A stretch of DNA of 55,436 nucleotides from a virus (taxonomy: Duplodnaviria > Caudoviricetes), in the IMG/VR virus record IMGVR_UViG_3300005529_000045, positions 1 to 55,436 of that record. One strand, given 5' to 3'. The notes beneath the pieces were generated by a model that saw only the letters and a list, made by a program, of their open reading frames with translations, had not been told where the DNA came from and did not search any database. A program made the position numbers and the translations under genes. Shown here in pieces: positions 26,022 to 35,105 of this stretch. Within the stretch, counting starts at the first letter, position 1, and each line of letters starts with the position of its first letter.

Positions 26022-26921
26022 ATGGACGACAACGAAGCCCAATTCGGGGCGGCAATAGACGCACCGAGGGAGCAGGTCGGCGAGACGCATGCAGCCGATG
26101 GCATTGAGCGCGAAGCGACGCTGGGTGCCGCTGAGCAGGCATCCCCGCGCCTCTCATCCGTCATCGACGAGTGGCTGGCGAAGTGGCGCCCCGAGAGCCC
26201 GGACCCGCACCATCCGGTGCAGTATCTCTCGGGCGCGTGGCACCATTTCACGGCAGCAGCGGAAGATCTGAAGGAGCGCCTCGCGAAGGGCGTCGTTCCG
26301 GTCCTCGTCGCCGTTGCGCTCCTCGCCGGTCTTGTCGGGCCGGTCATGGCGCAATCCGCAGGTTTGGCACTCCCGGCCACCCAGCAAAGCGTCCTGCAAT
26401 TGGGGGCGGGACAATTGCCCGTGGGGCAGGGCGTCGGGTCGAACCCATCGGCCGTCACGGTCGGCGGCGACGCGACGCTCAATGCCTCGGGGTCCTTGAT
26501 CGTCACAAAGACGAACGGCGCGAACCTCGGCACGGCAGCGATCGCGAACACCGGCACGTCGGGCGGCACCGTGCCGCTGTTGAACACGGCCAACACCTTC
26601 GCCGCGGGCGTCTTGCAGACCTTTGCCGGCCATGTCGCCTCGGGCGGTTCGTCGCCTTCGCTCTCCTCCTGCGGCACCTCGCCGGCGATCATCGGGGACG
26701 ACAAGGACGGCCAGGTAACGATGGGCACCGGCTCCCCGACCGGCTGCGTCATCACCTTTGCGTCGGCCTATACCGCGGCGCCGATCTGCACCGTTAGCTG
26801 GCTCGCGACGCCCCTTGCCTCGCAGAGCTACGCGGTCAGCAACACCGCGATCACGCTGACCCAGACCGGCACCTCGTCAAATAAGGTCGCCTATCACTGT
26901 AGTGCGCAAGCGGGCGGCTGA
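26022..26921 (+). CDS. Bipartite tail-module protein with an internal signal-peptide-like segment
   Basis: Helical N-domain, then KERLAKGVVPVLVAVALLAGLVGPVMA-Q, then a G/T/S-rich beta domain with 4 Cys. Confidence 0.7.
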   Translation: MDDNEAQFGAAIDAPREQVGETHAADGIEREATLGAAEQASPRLSSVIDEWLAKWRPESPDPHHPVQYLSGAWHHFTAAAEDLKERLAKGVVPVLVAVALLAGLVGPVMAQSAGLALPATQQSVLQLGAGQLPVGQGVGSNPSAVTVGGDATLNASGSLIVTKTNGANLGTAAIANTGTSGGTVPLLNTANTFAAGVLQTFAGHVASGGSSPSLSSCGTSPAIIGDDKDGQVTMGTGSPTGCVITFASAYTAAPICTVSWLATPLASQSYAVSNTAITLTQTGTSSNKVAYHCSAQAGG

Positions 26922-26972
26922 TCTCAAAACGCCCTTCAGGGCGCCACCTTCCTTTCGCGGGAGCTTAAAATC

Positions 26973-27731
26973 ATGCAGCTCGCCTTCGGCGCCGGTGCCC
27001 TGTGGGGCAACCGCACGGACGTCACGGGGTCGGGGATCGGTCCCGACCAGTTCGGCATCCTGCAGGATGTCTCGGTCGATTTCTCCTGGCGTACCGAGAA
27101 GCTTTACGGGTCGAAGCAATTCCCCGTGGATATTGCCCGGGGCGAAGGGGAGATTACGGGCAAGGCAAAGTTCGCGCGCATCTTCGGCGCGATCTATGGC
27201 GATTTGTTCTTCGGCCAGACCCCGATCACCGGGCAATTGACGGTCGCCCAGAACGAACCCCAGAACGTCCCCGCGGGGTCGCCCTACGCAGTGACAGTCA
27301 ACAACGCGGCAAATTATTCCGACGACCTCGGCGTCTACTACGCCAACACCGGGCTGCGCTTCACCCGAGTGTCTGCCGCGGCCTCAGCCGGGCAGTATTC
27401 GGTCAACACCGGTACCGGCGTCTACACCTTCTCGTCGGCCGACGCGAGCGCCGCAGTGTCGATCTCCTATCTCTGGAACAACGCCGCCGCCGGAAAGAAG
27501 CTCGCCGTCGCCAACCAATTCCAGGGCTACACGCCGACCTTCAAGGCGACCCTGTTCAATCAAAAAGCGACGCAAGGGGTGACGGCCGGGCTCGCGCTCG
27601 TGCTCAACGCCTGCGTCGCCGACAAATTGTCGATGCCGCTCTCGATCGGCCGCTACGTCATTCAGGAATTCGACTTCTCGGCCTTCGCCGACGCGGCAGA
27701 CAACATCTGCACGCTCTCAGTCAGCGAGTAA
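26973..27731 (+). CDS. Major tail (tube) protein
   Basis: FGAGALWG...FGILQDVSVDF...KLYG.KQFPV; precedes the frameshifting chaperone. Confidence 0.85.
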   Translation: MQLAFGAGALWGNRTDVTGSGIGPDQFGILQDVSVDFSWRTEKLYGSKQFPVDIARGEGEITGKAKFARIFGAIYGDLFFGQTPITGQLTVAQNEPQNVPAGSPYAVTVNNAANYSDDLGVYYANTGLRFTRVSAAASAGQYSVNTGTGVYTFSSADASAAVSISYLWNNAAAGKKLAVANQFQGYTPTFKATLFNQKATQGVTAGLALVLNACVADKLSMPLSIGRYVIQEFDFSAFADAADNICTLSVSE

Positions 27732-27752
27732 ACACAAGGACGCAAGGAACCC

Positions 27753-28115
27753 ATGGCGGAAACGATCACGTTGGGCGGCCGCAGCTTCGAGTTGCCGCGG
27801 CCGACAATCCCCTACCTTGTCGAGTTGGGGCAGATCCTCGACGACGAGAAGCCGGGGGTCGCGGGCATCGCCGAACGCAATGGGCGCATCGTCGGCGCTG
27901 CCCTGAAGCGCACCGGTGCGGAGTTCGATCCGGACACTGTCGAGGTGGGGTTCGACGAACTCAACGCGGCGATCGAGAAGATCATGCAGGTCGCGGGCTT
28001 TCAGTGGGGAAAAGCGCCGCCGGCGAACGCCGGCTATCAGAGCAGCTCGACGAGCTCATCGCCGCCCTCGCAACCGGCTGCGGATACGTCTGGCCCCGAG
28101 ACTTCGCCGAGCTGA
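27753..28115 (+). CDS. Tail assembly chaperone (G)
   Basis: Between tube and tape measure genes; slippery G GGA AAA. Confidence 0.8.
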   Translation: MAETITLGGRSFELPRPTIPYLVELGQILDDEKPGVAGIAERNGRIVGAALKRTGAEFDPDTVEVGFDELNAAIEKIMQVAGFQWGKAPPANAGYQSSSTSSSPPSQPAADTSGPETSPS

Positions 28116-28408
28116 CAGTCAGAGACTGCGAGCGGGTTTTCCGGTACTGGGAAACGCATCCTCCGACCTACCAGCTGGTCGGGCTGATCGCCCGAATGCT
28201 CGGGTGGAAAGGGCCGCAGGAAGAAGAAAACCCCGACCTCGACAAGATCGAGGCCGAATTCGCAAAAATGGGGCTGCCGGTCGTCCGCAACGCCGACATC
28301 GGGCCGCCGAAGGCGATCCTCGATTTCGATAATGACGACGAGCTCGCCGAACGAAATAAGCAGCGGATCGTCGAGATCGCGAAGCGGGGAGCTTCAGGTA
28401 GGGGCTGA
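28007..28408 (+). CDS. Tail assembly chaperone -1 frameshift extension (GT)
   Basis: Heptamer G GGA AAA at 28007-28013; -1 frame open to 28408 (…YWETHPPT…). Confidence 0.75.
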   Translation, partial: GKSAAGERRLSEQLDELIAALATGCGYVWPRDFAELTVRDCERVFRYWETHPPTYQLVGLIARMLGWKGPQEEENPDLDKIEAEFAKMGLPVVRNADIGPPKAILDFDNDDELAERNKQRIVEIAKRGASGRG

Positions 28409-28600
28409 GGCCTTGATCGCTCTCTCGATCCGCTGGGCCGCACTCCCAATCGTCGCCAGAATCAGCGACAGGACACAAACTACGATCAGCACGGCGCCGA
28501 GAATTTCGACAAGAGCGCTGCTCGCGAAGAACATCGCGATCCCGGCCAAACCGGAAATCAGCGCCAGAACAGCGCCCACGACCTTCGCCGCTTCCATCAT
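28394..28600 (-). CDS. Small 2-TM membrane protein (moron)
   Basis: Two hydrophobic helices, GGAG RBS, opposite strand. Confidence 0.7.
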   Translation of the reverse strand: MMEAAKVVGAVLALISGLAGIAMFFASSALVEILGAVLIVVCVLSLILATIGSAAQRIERAIKASAPT

Positions 28601-28646
28601 CTCCCCCGAGTGTTAATCGCGTCTTGCGGGACCGGAGTATAGTCCA

Positions 28647-31600
28647 ATAGCCGACAACCTGACACTGACGATCGGTGCCGATTCGGCGCAATTGCGGGCG
28701 CAGCTCGCGGTGGCGCAGTCGGAACTCCGCGCGTTCTCGCGGGAGATGAACAACGCTGCGAATGCGGTGCGTCGGTCGGGCAGCGATTTATCCTTTGCCC
28801 AGGCATCCCAAGCGGCGGCGAACGTCAATCGGTTGACAACCGAAGTCTCGCGGCTGAAGCGGGAGATGAGTGAGGGAGGCGAAGCTCTTCGCGGCATGGA
28901 AGCCCTGGGAGAGGGCGCCGAGAAGGTCTTGACGACCGTCACCTCAATGCGCGGGGCCTTCCGCGAGCTCGGCGAGGCGATCGGCATCGCGCTCGCGGTC
29001 GAAAAAATCGGCGAGTGGACCCGCGAAGCATCCGAGGCCGCCGAGGAGACGCGGAATTTCGCTGCCGCGGTCGGCATGACGGCCGAGCGGTACTCCGAGC
29101 TCCAGGGGGCGATGAAGCTCGCCGGCGGCAACGACGAGACCATGGCGCGCGCGCTGACCATGTTGCAGCAGCGCGCGCAGGAGGCCCTGAAGGCTGGAGG
29201 CGGTAAGGCGTTCGACGCCTTCATGGCGATCGGACTCAAGCCGGACGACCTCAAAAAATCATCAGACGAATTGCTCGGCATGCTTTCCGACGCATGGAAG
29301 CGGATGGGCGAAGGGCCGGCCCGCACGACCGCGTTCGGCGATATCTTCGGCGCGCGCCAACTCTCCAATATGGTCCACCTTCTCAATGCCGATGTTGAAG
29401 AATTAACTGCGCGGGCGCGGCAACTGAACCTTGCCCTGGGCGACCCGGCCCTAAAAACCCTCTCGGCCATGGCCGAGAAAAGCCATGAACTCGCTGGCGC
29501 ATGGGAAGGGCTGAAAAACACCGTCGCCACAACCTTCTCCGGCGCCGTCATCTCCGAAATGGAGTCGATGACGCACGCGATCGAGGGTTGGACGAAGGCA
29601 ATGCAGTCTGGGTTTGTGCCGCCGTCCGGCTCCGGGCTTGGCGGGTACCTGACGGGCAAAGGCGGCTATGTCGATCCGACAACCGGCGCCTGGATACCGG
29701 AGGGACTCGGCGCCGCATCAAGTCCCCCAGCGCGCGTCACGCCGATGCAACGATGGCGCGAGCTGAGCGGGCGAACGATGCTCCCTGGCGGCGCGCTATC
29801 GGGCGAGTCGACCGGCGACTCAGTCGATGCCGTTGTCTCTAGGATGGTCAGCGCAGCGGGTGAGAAATTCGACCGCGCGTGCGCCGAACTGGTGAACGGC
29901 GCCCTCGCGAGCGCCGGCCTGCCGACTTCGGGCAGCAACCTTGCGTCCAGTTTCCGCAACTATGGGCGCGGTGTGTTACCCTCGGACGTGCGGCGCGGTG
30001 ACATCTTCTATACAGGGCCATCGGGTTGGGGCGACACCGGCCATGTCGGCGTGACGCTCGGCTCCGTGGTCAACGGCCGTGTCCAGGTCATGTCGAGCCA
30101 CATGCAGGGCTCCCCGGACAACCCGGCCGGGGTCGAATGGCGCAACGCCGCCAATCTGCAATTCCGCCGGCCAGCTTATCCGGGATCGTTCGGCGCGGGA
30201 GACATCCCGGATTGGTCTGCCGCCAACAAGGCGATGCTCGCGAAGTTCGATGAGCAGATTGCGCAGGCACGAGAGAAGGCCAGTCAGGGCGACCGCAAAT
30301 CCCTCGACGACCTGAAGCGCCTGCAAGACGAAAAGATGAAGTACGAGGCCATGGGCCTCGATGACCGCAATGCCTACCTGCGGGCGCACGCGCCGGAGGA
30401 GACCGCCGAGCGGATCAAATCCGCCGAGTCGGCAAATCGCGAACTGACCGCGCTCAATCTGCAGTATTACGACGCGGACACCCGCAACAAGATCGCGAGC
30501 CTGCGAGAACAGCAGGCGGCAACCCAGGATTACGCCAAGAAGATCGCGCTGCAGCAGGAAATCATCTCGACTCTCCAGCAGCGCCAGTCTGGCCGGCCGA
30601 TCGGCCCCGGCATTGGCGACAATGCCGTCGCCGAAGCGCAGCGGCAACTGGCCGCCCTTCGGCGCGAGCAGTCGGCCGAAGGCGTCCGGATGGCCGGACA
30701 GGACTATTCCGCCCTGCGGCAAAGCGATGAAACGCGGCTGCGCGGAGCAAGCGCGGCTTATGGCGTCCTGGTCGATGCCCACGCGATGGTCCAAGCGGAC
30801 GCTCTAAAGGTCGAACTCGCGCTTGCCCAGCAATTTGGTCAGGCTGAGTTGGCGGCGGCCGAACATGCGCGCGATGTCGCGACCGCAGCCGGCAATGAAG
30901 CGGAAATCCGGAAGGCCAATAACCAGGTTATCGAGCAGCAAGTCGCGAACCTGACGCGCGTCGCGGAAATCCAGAAGAAGATAGCCGACGACGCCAAAAA
31001 GACCGCCGACGCGTGGGCTGAACCCTTCAAGCGGGCGATCGACCAAGTTGGCAGCGGTATCGAAGGCGCGCTGAAGGGCATCATTACCGCCCGCACGGCA
31101 CAAGAGCGCGGGCAGGCCTGGCAGGGCCTCAACAAGTCGATCGTCGGCACCGGGATAGATCTCGGAGGGTCGCTCCTCTCCAAGGGATCGGCGGCTTTGC
31201 TCGGCGCTCAGAACGGCCAGGGCATCGGCGATTTCCTGTCGGGGAAGCTTCTCGGCATGCTCGGTCTGGGCACCCAGACGCCGCAGATTGCATTGCAGAC
31301 CACGGCCAATGCTTTGCTGGCGGAGATCGCTGCGAACACAGCCGCAACCGCAGTCACGAGCGCCGCCGGTAGCGGCACCAGCGCTCTGAGCGCTGCCGGC
31401 AGCCTGGGCGGCGTCGCCAGCGGCGCGAACTCGCTCGGCCTCTTCGGCTGGATCGGTAGCCTTTTCGGCGGGGGCGGCGGAGCGTCGTCGGCCGTGACCG
31501 CGGCGGCTGTGCTATCCCGCGGCGGCATCATCCCAAGAGCCGCCGGCGGCTGGATCGTCCCCGCGGCTGCCGGTGGATGGTCCTTGCCGTCCTCCTTCGG

Positions 31601-31847
31601 TTCCGATCGGGTGCTCTCTGCGCTCACCCCCGGGGAGATGGTCCTCCCGACGAAGATATCGAACTGGGTGCAGAAAGCAGCAGGCGCATCTATAGGCGGC
31701 GGTGGAGATGTACACGTCCACGTCGGCGCCGGCGCCACGATCTTCGATGGCCCGAGCTTCTCCCGATACATGCAGCGCGAGGGCCGGGAGGCAATTGAGA
31801 CGACGGTGCGGCGGTTGCTGCGCGGTCCTGTTGCGGCGTGGAGATAG
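28647..31847 (+). CDS. Tape measure protein with an internal CHAP/NlpC-like domain
   Basis: Ala-rich helical protein of about 1060 aa; CAELVN...GDIF...GHVGV; probable ATA start at 28647. Confidence 0.9.
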   Translation: MADNLTLTIGADSAQLRAQLAVAQSELRAFSREMNNAANAVRRSGSDLSFAQASQAAANVNRLTTEVSRLKREMSEGGEALRGMEALGEGAEKVLTTVTSMRGAFRELGEAIGIALAVEKIGEWTREASEAAEETRNFAAAVGMTAERYSELQGAMKLAGGNDETMARALTMLQQRAQEALKAGGGKAFDAFMAIGLKPDDLKKSSDELLGMLSDAWKRMGEGPARTTAFGDIFGARQLSNMVHLLNADVEELTARARQLNLALGDPALKTLSAMAEKSHELAGAWEGLKNTVATTFSGAVISEMESMTHAIEGWTKAMQSGFVPPSGSGLGGYLTGKGGYVDPTTGAWIPEGLGAASSPPARVTPMQRWRELSGRTMLPGGALSGESTGDSVDAVVSRMVSAAGEKFDRACAELVNGALASAGLPTSGSNLASSFRNYGRGVLPSDVRRGDIFYTGPSGWGDTGHVGVTLGSVVNGRVQVMSSHMQGSPDNPAGVEWRNAANLQFRRPAYPGSFGAGDIPDWSAANKAMLAKFDEQIAQAREKASQGDRKSLDDLKRLQDEKMKYEAMGLDDRNAYLRAHAPEETAERIKSAESANRELTALNLQYYDADTRNKIASLREQQAATQDYAKKIALQQEIISTLQQRQSGRPIGPGIGDNAVAEAQRQLAALRREQSAEGVRMAGQDYSALRQSDETRLRGASAAYGVLVDAHAMVQADALKVELALAQQFGQAELAAAEHARDVATAAGNEAEIRKANNQVIEQQVANLTRVAEIQKKIADDAKKTADAWAEPFKRAIDQVGSGIEGALKGIITARTAQERGQAWQGLNKSIVGTGIDLGGSLLSKGSAALLGAQNGQGIGDFLSGKLLGMLGLGTQTPQIALQTTANALLAEIAANTAATAVTSAAGSGTSALSAAGSLGGVASGANSLGLFGWIGSLFGGGGGASSAVTAAAVLSRGGIIPRAAGGWIVPAAAGGWSLPSSFGSDRVLSALTPGEMVLPTKISNWVQKAAGASIGGGGDVHVHVGAGATIFDGPSFSRYMQREGREAIETTVRRLLRGPVAAWR

Positions 31848-31854
31848 GGTCAAA

Positions 31855-32037
31855 ATGCTGAGTGGCGACAGAAGGGCCGCTGCGCTGACACCTGATGAAA
31901 CGGTATTGCCGCCCTTCGTCGCGGCGATCCTGCGCGCGGTGTTTGGGAAGCGGCCGCTACCGGTGCGTCCAACCGCGGACGACCTGATCGTCAAAGACCG
32001 CAGCAAACGGGCACGGCAAGCCCGGGGGCGGGAATAA
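31855..32037 (+). CDS. Small hypothetical protein
   Basis: Fills the gap; GGAG upstream. Confidence 0.35.
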   Translation: MLSGDRRAAALTPDETVLPPFVAAILRAVFGKRPLPVRPTADDLIVKDRSKRARQARGRE

Positions 32038-32038
32038 A

Positions 32039-32503
32039 ATGCCCGTCTCCTGCGGCTCCTGCACCCTGTGCTGCACCCTCCTTGAGGTGTCGGAAATCGG
32101 GAAGGCGCGTCTCGCTCCCTGCCCGAAGCTCCGCCAGGGTGTGCCGGGCTGCTCGGTCTACAATTCTCGTCCCGGTGCATGCCGTGGGTTCGCGTGCCTC
32201 TGGCTCGAGTCGCAATCACGCGCGAACCCGTCCGACCATATGGGACTGGAGATGCGCCCCGATGTGTCGCACGTCGTGATGGGGCCGCCGCGCCTGCCCG
32301 ACCGGACCCGCCTCTATGTGCATGTCGACCCGGCCTTCCCGGATGCGTGGAAGAAGGGTCGCGTCGGGGAATACCTGCGCTGGCTTGTCGATGAGCGGGG
32401 GATCGAATTACACGTCTTCATCGGCGAGGAGGAAAAGCGGATCAAGGGCGAGTTGATGCTGACCGGCACCGCGCAGGAATTTGCCGAATTGGATGCCGCC
32501 TAA
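32039..32503 (+). CDS. YkgJ-like Cys-cluster protein
   Basis: CGSCTLCC...CSVYNSRPGACRGFACLWL. Confidence 0.8.
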   Translation: MPVSCGSCTLCCTLLEVSEIGKARLAPCPKLRQGVPGCSVYNSRPGACRGFACLWLESQSRANPSDHMGLEMRPDVSHVVMGPPRLPDRTRLYVHVDPAFPDAWKKGRVGEYLRWLVDERGIELHVFIGEEEKRIKGELMLTGTAQEFAELDAA

Positions 32504-32506
32504 ATC

Positions 32507-33187
32507 ATGGCGTTTTCGTTGCCGGTCTGGCCGCTCGGCACGAGCAATGTCGGCTGGCCGGTCACCAAATCTCCGCGGTTCGCGACGCGCACCCAGAAGG
32601 CGGTGTCGGGGCGGCAGTTGCGGATCGCCGATCAGCAGAACCCGATCTGGATGTTCACGCTGCCGGTCAAGGTGCTGCGGGACGACAACGATGTTCGCGC
32701 CGGCGCCGGATTGGGGCCTGGCATTGGCTTCAACGAGCTTCGGCAGCTCGCGAGCTTTTTTGCCGGGCTGAAGGGCAGCCTCGGAAATTTTCTCTATTCC
32801 GATCCGACCGACAATGTGGTGGTGGGCCAAGGCCTCGCCGGCGGTGACGGAACGACGGTCAATTTCCCGTTTCTGCGGCAACTCTACAGCGGCGGATTTT
32901 CCGAGCCGATTGTCGCGGCGATCACAGACGGATCGGCGCCGCTCAACGTCTATCTCAATGATGTTGTGCAACCGCCGTCGAATTACGGGTTTTCGTCGGC
33001 GCTCGGACTGACTGGGGTCGCCGACACGATCGTCTTCAACAGTGCTCCCGGCAACGGCGTCGCCGTGGCGGCGGACTTTTCATACTTCTTCCTGTGCCAC
33101 TTCACCGACGACAGCATGGATTTGGAAAACTTTCTCTACCAGCTGTGGCAGGCGAAAGAGGTGAAGTTCGAGAGTGTGCTGATTTGA
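32507..33187 (+). CDS. DUF2460-like distal tail protein (GTA g12-like)
   Basis: SGRQLR...FLYSDPTD...GDGTTVNF...CHFTDD. Confidence 0.88.
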   Translation: MAFSLPVWPLGTSNVGWPVTKSPRFATRTQKAVSGRQLRIADQQNPIWMFTLPVKVLRDDNDVRAGAGLGPGIGFNELRQLASFFAGLKGSLGNFLYSDPTDNVVVGQGLAGGDGTTVNFPFLRQLYSGGFSEPIVAAITDGSAPLNVYLNDVVQPPSNYGFSSALGLTGVADTIVFNSAPGNGVAVAADFSYFFLCHFTDDSMDLENFLYQLWQAKEVKFESVLI

Positions 33188-34119
33188 GACCGTGTCCCGC
33201 GGCGCTTTCGGCCTTTCTGGCCGGATTTAATTTTGAGGTCGCGATCGTCGACCTCTACACATTCCAGCTATCAGGCGGGGAATACCTGCGATTTTCCGGC
33301 GGCAATGGCGCCTTGGTGGTGCCGTCGTCGGCTTTTGCCGATCCGAACAGCGTCAATTATGGGGCGCAGCAGCTTTTCGCGCTGGGGCCGCGCTTTGGTC
33401 GGTCGAAGACCTCGACCAAAATCGGGGTCGAGCCGGCCGAATTGGACATCGACATTCTCGCCGGTGGCTCCGACCAGGTCGGCGGATTGACCTTTGCCGA
33501 TGCGGTGCGGGTCGGGGTGTTCGACGGCGCGACCGTCGAATTGGACCGGTATTTCGCGCAGCCAAACGGCTCGGCCCTAGGCTGCCTAACGTGGTTTTAC
33601 GGGCGGGTCGCCGAGACCGATATCGGCCGATCGAAGATCGCGATGAAGGTGAAATCGCTGATGAATTTGCTGGCGGTCCAGCAGATGCCGCGGCGGCTGT
33701 TCCAGGCGTCGTGCGGTTTCGTGTTCGGCGACCGGATGTGCGGCTACAACCGGGTGACCGGGGTGGCGGCCGACGGGACAACCGGAGGGCCGGCGCAGAT
33801 CACGATCACCGCCGCCTCGGGGTCAAGCCAGTCCGGCCTCGTCTGCGCGACCTCGGTGTCGAACGACTACCTGGACGGCACCGTCACCGGCCTCACCGGG
33901 GAGAATGCCGGGTTCAGCCGCACCGTCGCGTGGCTGCCGGCCGGCGGCCTCGGGATCGGCCTCATCTACCCATGGCTGTTTCCGGTCGCGATCGGCGACA
34001 CCTTTACCGTGCTGCCGGGCTGCGACCACACGACGGGATCGGGCGGCTGCGCCGGGCGCAACAACCTGCCGCGGTTTGGTGGCATGCCCTATGTGCCGCC
34101 ACCGGAAGCGGCGTTCTAA
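33184..34119 (+). CDS. DUF2163-like tail hub protein (GTA g13-like)
   Basis: TTG overlapping the upstream stop; GVFDGA, CGFVFGDRMC, GCDHT...C...N..RFGGMPYVP. Confidence 0.88.
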   Translation: MRPCPAALSAFLAGFNFEVAIVDLYTFQLSGGEYLRFSGGNGALVVPSSAFADPNSVNYGAQQLFALGPRFGRSKTSTKIGVEPAELDIDILAGGSDQVGGLTFADAVRVGVFDGATVELDRYFAQPNGSALGCLTWFYGRVAETDIGRSKIAMKVKSLMNLLAVQQMPRRLFQASCGFVFGDRMCGYNRVTGVAADGTTGGPAQITITAASGSSQSGLVCATSVSNDYLDGTVTGLTGENAGFSRTVAWLPAGGLGIGLIYPWLFPVAIGDTFTVLPGCDHTTGSGGCAGRNNLPRFGGMPYVPPPEAAF

Positions 34120-34129
34120 GGGGGCAAAA

Positions 34130-34366
34130 ATGGCGCCAGCAACTGAATTGCTTGCGAAGACGGGATTTCGGACTCCGGTAACGGAGAACTGCACTGTCCT
34201 GCTGACGCGCGATCACAGAGCCGGTCATGTTCCGACCGCGCGCGAAATGGAAAACGCGCAAGTTGTCGTCAATGTGCCCGATGACCGGCTCTATCTTTGC
34301 TGTAATGATGAAGTCATCTACTTCGACTTAGCGCGGCCCTCCGCGCCGAATGGGATTGCACCGTAA
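34130..34366 (+). CDS. Hypothetical protein
   Basis: Fills the gap in the tail operon. Confidence 0.5.
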   Translation: MAPATELLAKTGFRTPVTENCTVLLTRDHRAGHVPTAREMENAQVVVNVPDDRLYLCCNDEVIYFDLARPSAPNGIAP

Positions 34367-34368
34367 AC

Positions 34369-34677
34369 GTGGCCGAAGCCGTCGCCATCCTGCAGGACCG
34401 CTCGATGCGCATCGCGCCGGGCGAGCGGGTGCGGAGCGACTGGATCGATATCGACCTCGTCGTGCTCGGCTGCCGCGACCGCATGGCGGTCGGCGATGTC
34501 GGCGACAAATGGCGCGAGATATTGCAGCGCGGCGACGATGCCGCATGGCCGCCGCCGCGCGGTCACTGGCGCGAGGACGGCCGGTTCGTGCTGACCGATG
34601 GGCGCCACGAATATATCGCGGCGCTGATGCACGGCCGCGAGAAGTTGTTTGCCGCCTGGGTCGAGGCGCGGCCGTGA
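34369..34677 (+). CDS. ParB/Srx-like small protein
   Basis: WPPP...FVLTDGRHEYIAA. Confidence 0.55.
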   Translation: MAEAVAILQDRSMRIAPGERVRSDWIDIDLVVLGCRDRMAVGDVGDKWREILQRGDDAAWPPPRGHWREDGRFVLTDGRHEYIAALMHGREKLFAAWVEARP

Positions 34678-35105
34678 CGGAGCGTGCCGCGGTCATTGTC
34701 GAGGCGAAATCCTGGATCGGCACGCCGTTCCACCACCAGGGGCGGATCAAGGGGAAAGCGGGCGGCGTCGATTGCCTGATGTTCCTCGCCGAGGTCTATG
34801 AGCGCGCTGGGGTCTGCGGCCATATCGAGCCGCCGTTCTATGTGCCCGACTGGCACATGCACCGCGATGCCGAGCGCTACATGGAAGGACTGCTCGGCTA
34901 TGCCCATGCGATCGACGGGCCGCCGGAACCGGGGGATATCGCGCTGTTCAAGTTCGGCCGCACCTTCTCGCACGGTGCGATCGTCATCGAGTGGCCGCGG
35001 ATCGTGCATGCCTATGCGTGGGCGAGACAGGTCACCCTGGGCGACGCGTCGATCGACGGGCGGCTGAGAGACAAAGACACCCGGTTTTTTACGCCGTTCC
35101 GATGA
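34674..35105 (+). CDS. NlpC/P60 tail peptidase (GTA g14-like)
   Basis: WIGTPFHHQG...GVDC...PGDIALF...SHGAI...HAY. Confidence 0.92.
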   Translation: MTERAAVIVEAKSWIGTPFHHQGRIKGKAGGVDCLMFLAEVYERAGVCGHIEPPFYVPDWHMHRDAERYMEGLLGYAHAIDGPPEPGDIALFKFGRTFSHGAIVIEWPRIVHAYAWARQVTLGDASIDGRLRDKDTRFFTPFR

